Shown: positions 25,052 to 38,915 of the stretch, piece after piece | Layout: each line of letters opens with the position of its first letter | Numbering within the stretch: the first letter of the stretch is position 1 | Origin: Microthyrium microscopicum | Taxonomy: Eukaryota | DNA: 64,000 bases | Reading direction: 5' to 3' | Assembly: GCA_010405405.1 (NCBI GenBank) | Contig: MU004230.1 | Span: 3,769,119-3,833,118, forward strand | The notes under the pieces: generated by a model | Told to the model about the DNA's origin: nothing | The model's input: only the letters and a program-made list of their open reading frames with translations | Database searches by the model: none | Translations under genes and position numbers: made by a program

Positions 25052-27632
25052 TGTCGACAACGCCGTAGCGAATCCGGCGTATCGGATTGGGGTCCTAAGA
25101 TCAGATGTCCTCCTCGCCCTGGTTCTGTTAGCGAACCAATGGAGAAGTATGGAAAAAGAATTGATGGCATACGTTCAGGCAACCGGTCTCTTGTCAAATG
25201 AAGCTCTCATGCCGCAACCACACCGCCCAGGTGCGGGTTAGGGATTGCGCGCGGCGATATAAGAATGGTCGCGCGGTGGAGATAGGCGTGATAGCACAAC
25301 AAAAGTGGGCGAGAGAGGGGAAGTTAAAGGAAAAATAGAGTAGTTGTAGGCAGGCAGGTTTGAAATTTTAGCGATCTATTAGGAGGAGAGGAGTAGCGGT
25401 GATAGTGCAATGTGAAAGAGGAGGTCAGTATAGAGTATGGAGGGGAAGTAAGTGTTGAGTTGATAGTGATAGTATGTATTGTCGGTTGCAGCGGTGGTGG
25501 TGGATGATGGAAGGAACGAATGGCGAGGGTCTGGGGCAACATCCAGTTCAAGAATGCAGGTGCGACTGTGCAGGGCCACTCATTGCTCAGAAAACTGCAG
25601 GCACGCTGGGCTGGGCGGGGGGTGGTTCCTTCCTCTTTTCATTTTGCTTTGCTTTGGCCAGCCTCGCCCCTCAATTGTTACACATTGCAGTACTAAGTAC
25701 CAAGACTACCTTTACGCTTTGGTTCCCTACAAGATCATTTGATCTTGATGCTACTGCCAGTCTAAAGTCTATGCTCAAGTGAATACAATTCCAAAATTAT
25801 TCAATCACTATACATTTCTCTGGGCGACACTTGAGTCTTGACCCCACAACCTGCTGCAGTACGGAGTAATACTACCAACCACAGCTAGGACAAGGCGTAT
25901 GGAGTACAGCTTGGTTCTTGCTGTTCACTACTATCATGTCTACTAACTTCACTCTCTTAGCACTGTAACACTAGTCACATACGCAGTAAACAGGGCGACT
26001 CCAGACTTGTCCAATTGACAAGAATATGAAGAACAAATCCACAAGTCTTTTCGGAAGCGATCGCGTGGTTTTGAGCGCGGATGAGCGGTCTGCGGCACAC
26101 CAGTCTAGCTAACCGTATCAAGGCGACATGCCTGGCCAAGCCAGCACGCGGTCCTCTCTAGTTTTTCACTTGCCAATTTAATCACACCAGACTTGCCAAA
26201 ACATTCTTCAGCATGACAATTGCTCTTATGTGTCAAAACTGCCTGCCTGAAAGTCTGAGAAGTACGACTGCTGTTTCCTCTGCACGGCCATTGACGGATG
26301 AAGAAGTCTGTAGAGGTCAACGAGTGGAGTCGATCAGGACACCCCAGATCAACACTGTGGGTCAATGCAAGGGTCAGCAGCATGCAAAGACGTTCGAGGC
26401 CTTTGGTTCAAATGGGAATATCTAAGCTGTACGCGGTAATGATCTTCCGCTGCTTCACCAACTATTGATCTGAATCTGAAGGCGCTACGCGGCTACGCGT
26501 ACGTACCGCAGAGAAAAACCTGTTGTCCAGAATTTCTAGTGTTTCTTTCGATAATGCTTGGCTGCTCTTTCCAGCAATATCAACTTCTCTCCCTTCAAGA
26601 ACAATTCTTTCCCCGGAGAGTTTCTGTCGACAACCTTGGATATCTAGGCATGAGGTCAACGGCCTTGCATAGACATGTACAGGGCTTTCAGAGAGCGATG
26701 TGTGGGTGGTCAAATCAACTCGTACTCTATCCAGTACACCGCTGATTGGAGCCCAGCCGTACTTTTCTCTTCTCTTCTGCAGCAGCTCGCAGATAAGACG
26801 TGGGAGGGAACATTGCATTGCATCTCGAAAAGGCCGGGGGAAGGATGCAGATCAATTAAAGAAAGCAGCCGGCAGCCGCCCATGCTTACTATTAAATCAT
26901 CAAGGCCAATCCCATCCCTATCGCTTGTTTACGCACCGTCTATCCAGATTAACATTTTTGATATCAAGTATCAAGCTCTTGCAAACGGTACCATAAAGCT
27001 ACAAAAGGGCCTCTCATCCCGCATTCTCCCTTTCCACTATGAAAGGATTATCCTTTATTTCCCCTAGCACGACGACCCGTTGCCACTCCTTGTTGCACAT
27101 CTTTGCATTGACTACGGGAAGCCCCGAGTGCTTGAGTTTATCTTACGAAATCAGTCTGCAGAATTGCGAAACATGGCCATAACCGGAGATGGTGAAAGCT
27201 ATGTTCAAAATACCTCCATCACCGGGATCAAGCTTCGTTCTTCATTATATTTACATTGATCAACCATTGTCAGAGAGCTCGGAATGCACGCAAGCATCCT
27301 AGACATACGAGGGTTTATATTGGAGAATTAGCTTTTTCAAGGTCCTAGCTACTATCATTCCTAGCTTGAACAGCCTTGCCACAACCCACCATCGGGTCCG
27401 ACGAGATCCTAGACGCCTTATAGCAGCGGTATCTACGGAGCAATACGGAATGTTGACAATCCGTGTGTACTGAATGAGTAGTTTCATGCGATTCTGATAT
27501 CGGATTCATGAAACTCATTCCAACCAACCAGGGTGAGAAATTTGGTGTTCGCAGGAAGCGTGGGTTAGATCGTGGGGTCCCTGCGTGGAGAGACCGTTGA
27601 ACACGACACGCCTCCAAAATCTTCGTCAGCCA

Positions 27633-27863
27633 CCGCAGAGAATTTTCGAGATGCAACATTAATTAGCCTCTTTTAGTTTAGTGCAATAATAATTTTCACC
27701 AATTATAGATCGTAGCACTGCTCTTTATAATCACATGTTGGTTCCATAAAAGGAACATTTACTTCCATAACTAGTTCAACCCCTAAGATTACTTAGTAGT
27801 AAGCATGAATTTGGGAGTCCCAAATAGGCTTAATTAATGTTGCATCTCGAAAATTCTCTGCGG
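27633..27863. mobile_element. 231-bp MITE with perfect 33-bp terminal inverted repeats
   Basis: CCGCAGAGAATTTTCGAGATGCAACATTAATTA at 27633-27665 and its exact reverse complement at 27831-27863. AT-rich non-coding core. Dinucleotide CA on both flanks. Confidence 0.85.
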
Positions 27864-30688
27864 CATCGGAATATCACCCGCGGCGGTCCAAGTTAGGAAA
27901 GGTTGGGGCGTGCCGCGTTGGATCTTAATCGTGCAACTCGTGGTCATGCAGAGAGGCTGAAAGATTTTGAGAGCCTCTAAACTTCAGCTGCCATCTTGTC
28001 CATACTCATCCACTTATAATTCCGAAACTTGAAAATTGACTGTCCCGTTGGTCCGCTAGGGTGTGGTCAGCCAGCCAAAGGCTGATAGAATCTGAAGAAA
28101 ACTCGGCCGATAACGGGGTTTTTCCCGATATCATTACAATTGACCAAAATTCCAACTTATGTTGAAGAAGAAAATGTTGGAAGTTGGAATTAGTATATCT
28201 TAAGTACATCATGCACGCTGAACAGCAGACACCATCTATCCAATTGAGACGCAGACTTACTTAGCTTTGGTGTAGGTAACACTCTACATCCGATATTTCT
28301 CGCATTTCACCTCAAGATACGTACCGGACCAACCCGATGGATTTAGACTGTGCTAAGTTTATGCCAGCGAAACACCCCTAGCGACGGCCTCATTCTAGAG
28401 CTATCTCTGTAGATCTTCAACCACCTGGGACCCAAACTAATCGCCATATCTTTCAAGCTTGCCGCAGAGCCTAGACAAACGTTCAGCTCCTCGGAGTGAC
28501 TCCGTAGCACGAAAAACCTTAAGGCCTAGGAACCAATACAATCTCCATATCAACAGTGTGCTAAATAGTAAAAACCATACGAAAACCTGAGATCGATAGA
28601 TTTGATAACATCTCATGGGACGTAACCCAAATAGTCTCAAAGTACCCACAACGTATCAAATATCACCAGAATCCTACACATACAACATCCCTCCACACAA
28701 TCACAGGCCTCCTCACATGTAGAAACATACCCAGCAGACAACTGATAGCAGCCAAACTCTATACCTTGGCCAATACCAAACTCCCCGAACACAAAGCTTA
28801 TCAGTCAACCATACCATACAACAACTACCTCGCAGATGCGCAAGGAGTCAACAACAAGGTCCAAGGACCCTTGATTTGGCTAGGTGCTTTTGCTCCAAAT
28901 TATTAAAAGGAAGAGACAACTCCAGTTTTCTCGCCAAAACCTATTTCTCTCCACCGTTCGTCTCCTCTTTTATATTTTTCGGATCTCTCCCGGGTCCTCG
29001 CACGAGGTCTGGAACTAGAACATTGACCGGTTACCCCGGACCCGCATTTGAAGCTTTTTGAACTAAGTTACTTACTCGGTGGGTAGCGCTAGGATGTAGG
29101 AACTAAAAGGTAGTAAGAGCTTGACGCGTTGAATTGCTCTCATTTCTTGTGTGTATGGCATGGCGTTGTGAATGATATCATTTTTTGATATGGCTTAACT
29201 TGACGTCTTAGGTTCCGTTGGAATAAATCTCCGGTTCACATGGTACCTACCTTGAGCTTCTTGAGAAGTTTGCTATGTGTGATGTACGTCAACGATCGGT
29301 TGCGTGCGAGCTGAGGTTTAACTTCATGTCTATCAAGTCAATCCATGTACCGGTATATGCATGGTTGGAAATTGAGGCTCTTGATGACATTGGGATATTT
29401 CTGGATTTCTGAGATAGTGCTATCGACAGAATAAGTCCTTGATCCAAGGTCTTCTATCATTTTGCACTTATATTTGTCCATGGCTTGCTTCTTCTACCAA
29501 AATGAATCATGAAATCGAGCTGTGTCAGAACATACAAAATCTAGGAATGTATAACGGAGTGTCTCGTATGCCAGAGATAAATATATTTGTGGCATAAGCG
29601 CTCTATGAGGTGGGCTTGTGCTCTTGTTCATGCAGTCCATACAAAGTTGTTAGTTTGGAGATACATTGCAAATGTGTATGATACCAAAAGGCGTTCGAAT
29701 GATTTCAACCACTGTCATGCTCTTGTTTGCCGCTCACTCGTCACAACCGATTAGAACTAGAGCAAATTGACGGCTTATTCTATGTATCACCAGGCCATAG
29801 ATATCAATTCAAGATCTTGAATACCCTGGTGACAATGAAGATGTCAATATATATTTCTCTAGGATGTCTTTCAACTTGACAAAAGATATTGGAGTTGAAG
29901 CACATTGCTGGCCTGCTCTAATACTTATCTGAGTGAACAACAACATAGGTGCATCTTTACATGGTGAGCAGTCAAATAGCCATTTCGCTTGGTTATGAGA
30001 GCCGAAAGCTCTTGGAAGCCAACACTTAAACCGCTCTTTCAGCTATCTTACGGCTTGGGGGTGCTGAAAGATGTTTTTGCTCAGTTGTTGTTGAGCAAGG
30101 TCAGAAAGCCATTCAACATCTGGTGTGAGCCACCAGCCTGTAGTACACGTACACCATCTTGTAGAATCCGCTTCAACGTTTAAAAGATTTGCGAGCAGGT
30201 TCTCATTTATATTCGGTGCGATGAAAGCCTTCAAGTGTCTTGTGTGGAGAGGGATGTTCAAAACATGTCTTTTGATATAGACAACTCTTACCATGGAGAT
30301 AGCGCCCGAGGTAAGGACACTGGATTCTTTCTCATGATACAACTTCTCTTGCCCTCAATAGAATTTATACAAGGGGTTTTGGTTTTTGGAGTGGCCATCT
30401 TTTCGACGTCCCCTCGAGAATAAGAAATTCCAAAGAGTACTTCACACCAGAATGGCAGAGCAATTATGGTTTGTTAACCACCACTGTTTGATCAGTTCCA
30501 TCGTTTTTGTATCACATAAGTCGAGAGAAAAAAGCTCTAGCGAATTATGGGCTAAAGTTCGTCTACTGGCAGCTAGGAAATGGCAATTGGAACCCAAATC
30601 AAAGCAGGAAAGAACGATATAGTCTAGGGTATTCCATGGTTCTCTCTTTCTTCCCTCCTTCTCAGCAAACATCAGCTCAGGTATAACC

Positions 30689-32060
30689 ATGAGTCTTTCA
30701 ATGTCAGGCGTTGAGCTACTCTGTGCTCATCAAAATGAAGGCATTACCTGTAATGAAGCAAAGTTCACCTGTACAGGATGTCGCCTAGTTCACTACTGCA
30801 GACCCAAGTGTCAACAAGACCATTGGGCAAAACACAAAGCAAACTGCAAGTCGCCGTATATGAAGAAATCATGGAAGCCATTGTGGTATGTCCAAGGTCG
30901 TGACGCAGCCTTCGAAGACCAAGGATTTCTCAATTTGGAAGTCAAATACCTCTGGGGCAATACACCAGCTATTGATATCCTTGTCCTTGAAAAGCACGAA
31001 GACGTCTCAAATAACAAGGACCTTCATATTCTTTTCGCGGCATCGAGCGATATCAGAAATCTCCGCATGACTATTGCTTCTCTGCCAATTGAATACAGAC
31101 AGACTGTCAATATCACTGCCAACGACTTGGATACCAATGTTACGGCTCGAAATGTCATCTTACTTTTGATTGCTTTTGCGGTCGAAGAGCCCGGGGAAGC
31201 AGTAGACTGTAAGTTGCATGTTTGGTTTGCTGCGCAATTGACAAGGTCGCACTTCGAGCTGCTTGATTCAAAGATTCGTCCGCTCAATCAGGAGGGTGAT
31301 CTCACAGTTAGCACTGATTCAGAGTCCTTACAACCGCATTCACACCTGGAACTTTGGAAACCACTCTGTTTGGTTGACACTGACCCAATCCGCGTGGTCT
31401 TCTATGCTGGATCGCCTTCAAGTTCCCGATGGTCTGACTAGCTCCAAGGCTCGAAATGTACGGGGTAAAATTGCTCGTGCGGAAAGTCGGGTCGATTACT
31501 TGGATCGTGGACTCTTCGATCTTCCACCAGCCCACCGTATGGGACTACTGAAGTACCGTAACGATAGCATCATCCTGCCCTTTGACCATCCGCGCTCTGA
31601 GTTTATCATACCGAACCTGTAAGTACAGTCGATGAAATTGACTATGAAGCTAACAAAGTAGGACCTTCTTTCAGGATCCAGAGGTTTGGCCAGCGCTAGA
31701 TATCGCAGTCTATTCGCAGATGCACTTAGATGCTGGGCGCACAAAAATGTTCTATCCACGTCAAGCGGATTAGCATCAAATGATCTCTATGGCAAGCTCT
31801 GTTACCACGTCAAGGATGTTCTCCGCAGATTCGTCGCCGCATATCTTCGTTGAAGTGAAACATTCACCTGCTTAGTATTGACGCTATTGAGCTTCCAAGG
31901 CATCCTGATATCTAGAACCATGGCTTTGATCGTACTGATGTAAGTACCGCTCGTATTGTCTACCTGTTGTCCAATTCATGAAATTGGTTGCTGAAGGAGC
32001 TTTTTAAGGTTTCAAACATTGTCGACACACAACATCTTGGAACGAACAAAACTATCAACA
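30689..32060 (+). pseudogene. MYND zinc finger + DUF4470-type protein pseudogene
   Basis: CTGCRLVHYCRPKCQQDHWAKHKANC (MYND); KYLWGNTPAIDIL, LFAASSDIRN, TARNVILLL, NDLYGKL and FDRTD|VSNIVD motifs. Frameshift near 31290, further frameshifts after 31700, in-frame TAG 31913-31915. Residual introns 31619-31661 and 31940-32008. The 3' end decays, so the end coordinate is approximate. Confidence 0.85.
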
Positions 32061-32813
32061 AGAATTCTTCAAGCACACAGAAACAATGTATCCAAAATAG
32101 AACTCGCAGCTCTTTTAGATTGTGAAGATTTCATTCTCGCTGACGAGTCTACCTACTTAAATACATTGTCTTTCGTTCTTCAGATTACCAAAACGCCCAG
32201 CTAACCAACAGTATATTACCTTCCCTCAAGGCATGGCAGGTATCGACCAGCTCATCACACGAGCCAAATCATATACCCTCCATCTTTTGAGAACCACCGT
32301 CTAGCTCGAAGATTAAGAACGCAGCTGTTCCAATGTCAACGAACCTACCGGCCGCAAGCTATACCAACTTCAACTATCAAGCCTATCACTGGAGTCAATG
32401 TTTCACACATCAAAGCTCTAAATACAAGCATTGATGGGCATCTGGATAATCAATCGTGGAATCTCCCCGCAAAGTTGCCTATTTTGTTTCGCGAACCGTC
32501 CACTCACCACTGACAAGCAACTCTTCGGTCTGACGCCACGCCGAGGTCTGTCAGTGGAAATGCTGAGACAATTGACATTTCTGCGTGTGCATTTGGCACG
32601 TTATCATGATGGGGCGAGTTATGATGAACGAAACATTTGGAAAAACAGAATCGCTTGTTGGTTGAATGTTTCGAGTTTCTGGAAGCAGTTCCGGGGATAT
32701 GCCACGGGAAGTATAGTTTAGTAGAGGTATGGGAATTGGAGCTGGGAGTGCTTTTGTTTGTTCAGCTAGAGTTTAGAGAAGCTCCTGTTTCTCTATGCTG
32801 GGTTCCTCGTGGA

Positions 32814-32840
32814 TAGGTACCTAGGTAGGTAGGTAGGTGG
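32814..32840. repeat. Short (AGGT)n microsatellite
   Basis: TAGGTACCTAGGTAGGTAGGTAGGTGG. Confidence 0.6.
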
Positions 32841-35800
32841 TAAGGTCAATATTCGATGCTTGGGATAATAATGTGGTCGCTGTTGAATCATTCCCAGAGC
32901 TGAAATATTCAGGATTATGGACCGATTGTCTATTCCTGAAAAGACAATGGAAACACTTCCAATGGCATATTTTCTCACGTTTTACCACTGCTCGCAAATA
33001 TACTATTGTCGGTTCGTGGTATGGAATCGAGTCCGGACGCTCGTGTTTGCAAACAACGTCGTATACGGAACTGAACAGACCCCAGTGCTGTAAGGACTAC
33101 CATAAACGTTCTTAACACGCCTAATATAATGATAAAAGATATATCATGTCATACAGAGTCCTCATTTGCATAAATAACAAACGCCTCTGTCGTCAGTAGT
33201 TGGCCCCAAAGAATGATGTCTTATATCACAGCCTTTTAAGATCTACATGTGAACTCTGTGGCTGAGCTAACGACAACTTCAGCAACACAGGCTGCTGCAA
33301 ACGCAGTCAGAGAATCCGTGGGCTCGCTGAACAACAACAGTTCGCAAAGCACAAGAAATAACGGCTGCTTCTTATCAAACCTGCGAACTGAAGTTGAGGT
33401 ACGTTGTGAATCTTCTTGCAGAGAAAAAATTGGGCTGACAATTGACAAGCTGTAAGGCTGAGTGGTTGGCCAATGAATTTGCTTGTTTTCGGGTGGAGCC
33501 TTGATTTCGTCTCAACGCGCCGATGACCCGCAGCGGAAACTAGACAGGCTTTAGCGAAGAGCCAAATCTCCACCCGATTTCTCAACGACTTTTGGTCCAA
33601 AGATAGCATAAAAGAGATGTGAAATAACAAAATTAATTCACGAAAATGCAGTGGTATCTGTCGGAGTATTCGAATCATTTGGGTACAAGATATTCAGGAC
33701 CAGGATGCTTGTAGCCCATGAGAGGGCACTATTAGAGTCAATATGCCTTTGAACCCCTGTTGCTGTACTCCTGAATTTACCAAATACTGGAGATGCTTCG
33801 CCTGGGGCCCCGGACAGAGGCTGAGGAAAGTATTACTTTGGCTTATGAATTATTGTTTCGCGGCGAGAAAGAACAAACATCTGCTTCCCTACCCCAGGAA
33901 CTCCACAGTTCAACAAATAAAAAATTCGGTACTTTCCGCAATTCAAGGTTGAAGAAAGAAAAGAATTTGCGAGCAAGAGGTTGCATCGTGGTCAGCTATG
34001 ACTCAAATCCAACCTCCAAAAGTTGATTTTTTCGTACGCAATAATCCTAGCAATTGGTGCCTATACAAATATATCTATGACAGACCGCCTGATGTCGGCA
34101 AAAGTTACTGGCCCACCGTCCTGGAAAGCTGTTCGGGGGATTTCCTGGGAGAGGAGAGGGAAAATGGCTGGTACACCATAGAGCTGGAACCTTTCGGAGT
34201 GCCACACGCTAATGGAGCAACGTTGCCTCAGCTCGACATGTGTTCTGCTCCGTGTCCGAGAAGAAATTGAGCCGGTGAAGAGGCTGTGTTCTCGTTGAAT
34301 AAAAAAAAAACATCACGTTGACATCGCGTGGCTAGGAGCATATCCATGCGATGGATGGCAGGATGATTTGAGCCAAAAGGAATTGGTTTTGCTTGAGTCT
34401 TAATTTAACATACCTCGAGGGAGCATGGTAGGAGACCCTAGTTAGCTTTTGCTTTCCGCGTGCGAAGAAACAATGTAGAAATGCTTGTCAAACAAACGGA
34501 AAAAGAAAGCTGTAAGATGAGGTTGGTGGAGGTTCAACGGTGCCAGTTGTGGTTGGTTTGCCAAAACACCTAGTCTCTTTGATTGCCATTGATCAACTCG
34601 TGAAAACATATTTTGTTTGTTGAATTGAAATAAGCCCAGGAACATGTGTAAAAGAAAGGATATGATTAGCATTGTGAGAGCAGCTGAAGAACTTCATTGG
34701 TTCGTCTTGGATAGTGGTTTCAGCTGGATGGTTAGTGAGTTATCTAATGTCTTTGGGGATGAAAAGGGGATATGTAGACTCGACGAGGAGCACCAAGTCG
34801 TGGACAGCTATGACCTCGGGAGCTTGTTGCCAAGTTGCCTCTCCACCTTTGGGCTATACAAAATTGGAACCGCGGTTAAAAAAATGACTTGCAAGAACCA
34901 GTGATTTGCGTACTATCGTCTGATAAATGCAATCTCGAGGCTACCAACCCCGCTAGTAATCTGGAGGAGGACAATCGTGACAAGGGCAGGTCACAAACCT
35001 TGTTCGTCGGTAGATTCGGCTACCCAAATTTTGATCCTCGAAATAACCAGGTAATATGCTCATGCTTGATCCCTCGAGGTTTTTTAATCTGTACCAGCCA
35101 TGAATTTAGGTCTTTTCCGGAATATGGATCAGGGCTCGAGACGATTGCTAGGCTCCAAAGTTTTGGTGTTGTTGTTTGGATGGATGGTACGATGGAATTT
35201 ACTGGAGAAGGGTCTTTTATGACAAGCATCATGCCATGCCGTTTCAAAACGATCCTGCTCAGATCGGAGGTTATTGGTGGGCTGCGAGATTGGATCCTGT
35301 AGATCATCGGACAGGTCAGCTGAATCTACGACTAGTATCGAAGAATCGAGCATGAAACCAGCACGTTGTAGTTCGAAAATCATCTGCCAAGTGCGCACAG
35401 GGTTCCTAACATTTGAAGATAATTTCCAGTTGTACTTAATCGTACTCCGCTATATGAAAGATTGATGCCTGAATCGGGCCGCGCAGGGAACAAACATGCT
35501 CGTTATTCGGTCTAAATTCTAATGTGTACAGTGCAGAATAGGAGGGCTGATGCATAGCATCCGAAATAGGAGGTGGGATTTGGCAAATTCTACATTGGGA
35601 TGCTCGTAGAAAATAAGAGGTTACAGCGCTTTGCAGACTGCAGCGAGCTCAATGCTTAATGGTTGTACAAGCACGGCTTGCATGGCACCAGCTGGCATTG
35701 GCAACATGGCGACCCTTGGGACCATGGTGTGAGAAGAAGACTGGTGATCTTTGGACATATTGAATGCAGCACTGAAGATCATTTACCTGCTGGGCAAAGC

Positions 35801-38800
35801 CAAGCCGTATATTGCGCATCTCATCTACAGAGTAGGAAGGCTGAAGAGAAAGAGGCTTTCGATCTGTATGTGCGGGTCAAAGCCGACAAAGTCAGTGAAA
35901 CCAGTAGGATGGCTCGAAAGCGATAATTGGATGCAATGAATCTATGATAGACATTGTTGGTAGATAATAATAAAACAGATATGAACATGGGAATTATTCT
36001 CCTGTCAAGGCCTGGCAAGTTTTAGTAGTTGGCAGTTGCGTTGCTAGGCTTGCTCGCGACCTGGCAAGCCACGCTACTTCCATGTGGGCTACGGCGTGGC
36101 AGGAGAGAGATCGACTCCGAGCTCTTTTTTGATTTGCCCCGATTGCCCACTTCTCGCCTTGCCCCTGATCGCGAATACGGACATTTTATCATGCTTCAAC
36201 GTGTAATTATTGACGGCCACTTCCGCAAAATCAACCTTTTCAAAACGCCCTGTACAGGTCCACTCTGCACTTTGTGACTTTGTCAACACTCGTGCTCTGA
36301 CATTGGCTCCCCCAAACCACGCCTGTTTTGTCCACCGGCCGTTACACCGGCTTTGATGGCTGCCGGCTCAGAAAGCTGCCGGGCTCGACCAGCTGCGGCA
36401 GGTTCAAGGTGGGCGGGGCAGCGTGGCACTTTTGGGGCGAGGCGTTGGGTTGGTGTGACTGGCTCGCTCTCAACCAAGAGAAACGTGGGTGAACGCTTCT
36501 CTCATTGTTCCGATCGTCCTTGTGCAGTAGTTCAGATTCCAAAGGAATTTCATTCATGACCTGCGTCAGGAGTCAGGGCATCAAATGAAGTCGCTGTTCA
36601 GTGTCCACTGTCCACGACTCCAGCAGCATGGGGCAAGTTTGGTACTTGCAGACTATAGAGTTTGGAAGCCGCCCAGCTTTCATCGCTGCGTGTTGTTATT
36701 GCTGGCGCGCATGGTGGTGTCTAGTAGTCTAGGTATCCAAGGCTAAAATGGATCAGAGAAGTGGAAGGGCAGCCATGTTCAGGCGTTCCATGCCCACCCA
36801 CTGTGGACCTATGAAGCTCCAGAGCAAGTACTGTGGAATAATAATGATATAGCAGCATAACTTATACTGGTATGGGTTGCCCGTGCAGGCTGTCAAAGGG
36901 TGGCAGGCCAGTATCTGTGCAGACAATTGCCCCAACTTGAAGAATTCAAGGATCGTTGATGGAGGACAGATGGGGATTTGGGCATGCAGCAGGCCAAGAT
37001 CAAGCGGCATATGAGATTTCGACCATGACATTTTGCACTTGGTAGTCTCGCCCGCAAAGCAACGAGTCTAACGACGTGCTCGAAAACGAAACGGCCACGG
37101 GCGTCTTTAGCAAGAGTAAACTCTAGTTTCTGTCCAGCGGTAGACCACATGGCAGCGCTGGCGCAACGAGAGGAATCATAAAACAGCTTTGGCTCTGGCC
37201 CGTCTGATACTGACTGGTGTGCCAACAAGTTCCCAGAGGCGTGCCATTCTACCAGCAACTCCGAACCAAGCTCTCCCGCGGCCCTGGTCACTACTAGTCT
37301 TTGCTTTTGTTCTTTAAAGACCTTGAAGGCACTTCCTAGCCATTGGCGTCCAGGGCGTCCTCTTTGATCTCCCTGTCTTCTTGCCCACGTCCAGTCTCCA
37401 TTGCTCCAACGCCCCCCCAGGCCCAAGACATCCATCCTCGACCTTGCGAGCCTGTTCAACCTCCCATTGCCAACTTCAATCCTCCCGCCGTTATTACTTT
37501 GACTTCCTCCCATAGTCCATCTCTCTTCTCTCCAGCCATCATCATCAACTTCTAATCATCCCGCCTCTGACACGCTGGGTGCCACTCTTTATAACTTTGC
37601 CATCGGTCCCACGCTCTTCCCTCCTCCCACGCACATATCTCATTGTCGGAAAGCTGAGACGTTTGAAGCAAGGCACGACAGCAAGAGAACGATGCGTGCA
37701 GCCGCCATCCGCTAATACGACTTTCTATTACAATTCAATTCAATTCCGCGTCTTTACCATCCGATCACATCTCTAGTCTATTGGCATTGCGACAACTTGC
37801 CATCCGCTCAGCGCTCAGATCTCCCCACATTTGCATCCAGGAACAAAGACCGCCGACCACGTTCGCGCACTAGTAGCTGTCTTCTGTGCTTCGGTCGCTA
37901 GCTCAGAACGGTGATATTACCACGAAAAGAGACGGCGACAGGCGCATTTTTTTCCCTCGTGTAACCTCGACCCGACAACGTTGGCTCTTGATTTCGTTCG
38001 CTGTCCGCAGCGCCAGCCTCGCACAGCATCTTGGGCGGACCCGCCATCATTTCGGCCTTGCCTATCAGCTTGTCGCAGTACGAGCATCCCTGCCTGTGTC
38101 GACCCAGCTGCGTATTCTTGGTAATTCTTAGCCTCGAGCGCGACAGGTATACGGTGGCTTTTGGCAACACAGAATTCGGCAGCAAGACCGAGGAACCAGC
38201 CAAAAAGAGCGCAACGCCTGACTGACGTCTGCTCCTCGCTCTATCAAATCGACGTTTGAAGCGTCTGAGAAATACAAGACCAAGAATCGAGCTACAAGCA
38301 CAACATTGAATTGTAGCTGCAACAACCCGAAATAAGACCAGTCCAAAGGACTATCAGTTTCTCTGGCCAGCAACCATCTTACAATTGACCACGAAGGATT
38401 ATTAAAGTGTACGCCCAGAGTCAGGATCTCAACCCTAAGCAAATTGTACCTGACCGCGGCGCATTGCTACTTCCTCGATCGTTTTGTCGCATAGGTCGCG
38501 CCTTCCCTCGAGTTTGCTCTGCAACAAGCACCTTCCCAATTATAAGGATTGCGCCTGCCGTCTGATCAATTGTTCTTGATTTGCACCTTCCTTGGATCAA
38601 TACCGGTACCAATACCAGGCTAAAGTCAGCAGTCGCCGACCACCAATTGTTTCAGACTCCCCCTTGACTTCTTTAGGCCTTGCCTTTGCTCTCCCTCTAC
38701 GATCTAACTCAATATATCGCCAACTGCAACCTGATTCCATCTCTTCGGTTTCTCGCCTTTCGTCTCTTTCCTCCCACTGTAGGCTCCTACAGTTGCTCCC

Positions 38801-38915
38801 TTTCCTCCCTCCAGTAGCCTGTAGCCTCGTAGCTGCCTAGCTCTGGTCTATCCCCACCCTCTAATTACCCGCTCCAGTCAGGCGGAGTGATTATCATCGT
38901 CAGTATATATCCAGA

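Noticed and set aside
29030..29065. tRNA-Sec suggested by CTTCAAA on the minus strand
   Set aside because: No anticodon stem pairing and no cloverleaf.
34301..34310. Poly(A)10 as a retroelement tail
   Set aside because: No TSD or reverse-transcriptase remnant seen nearby.
36000..38900. ORFs of 60-206 aa upstream of the bHLH gene
   Set aside because: No recognisable domains; pyrimidine-rich tracts fit a long promoter/5' leader of a developmental TF.
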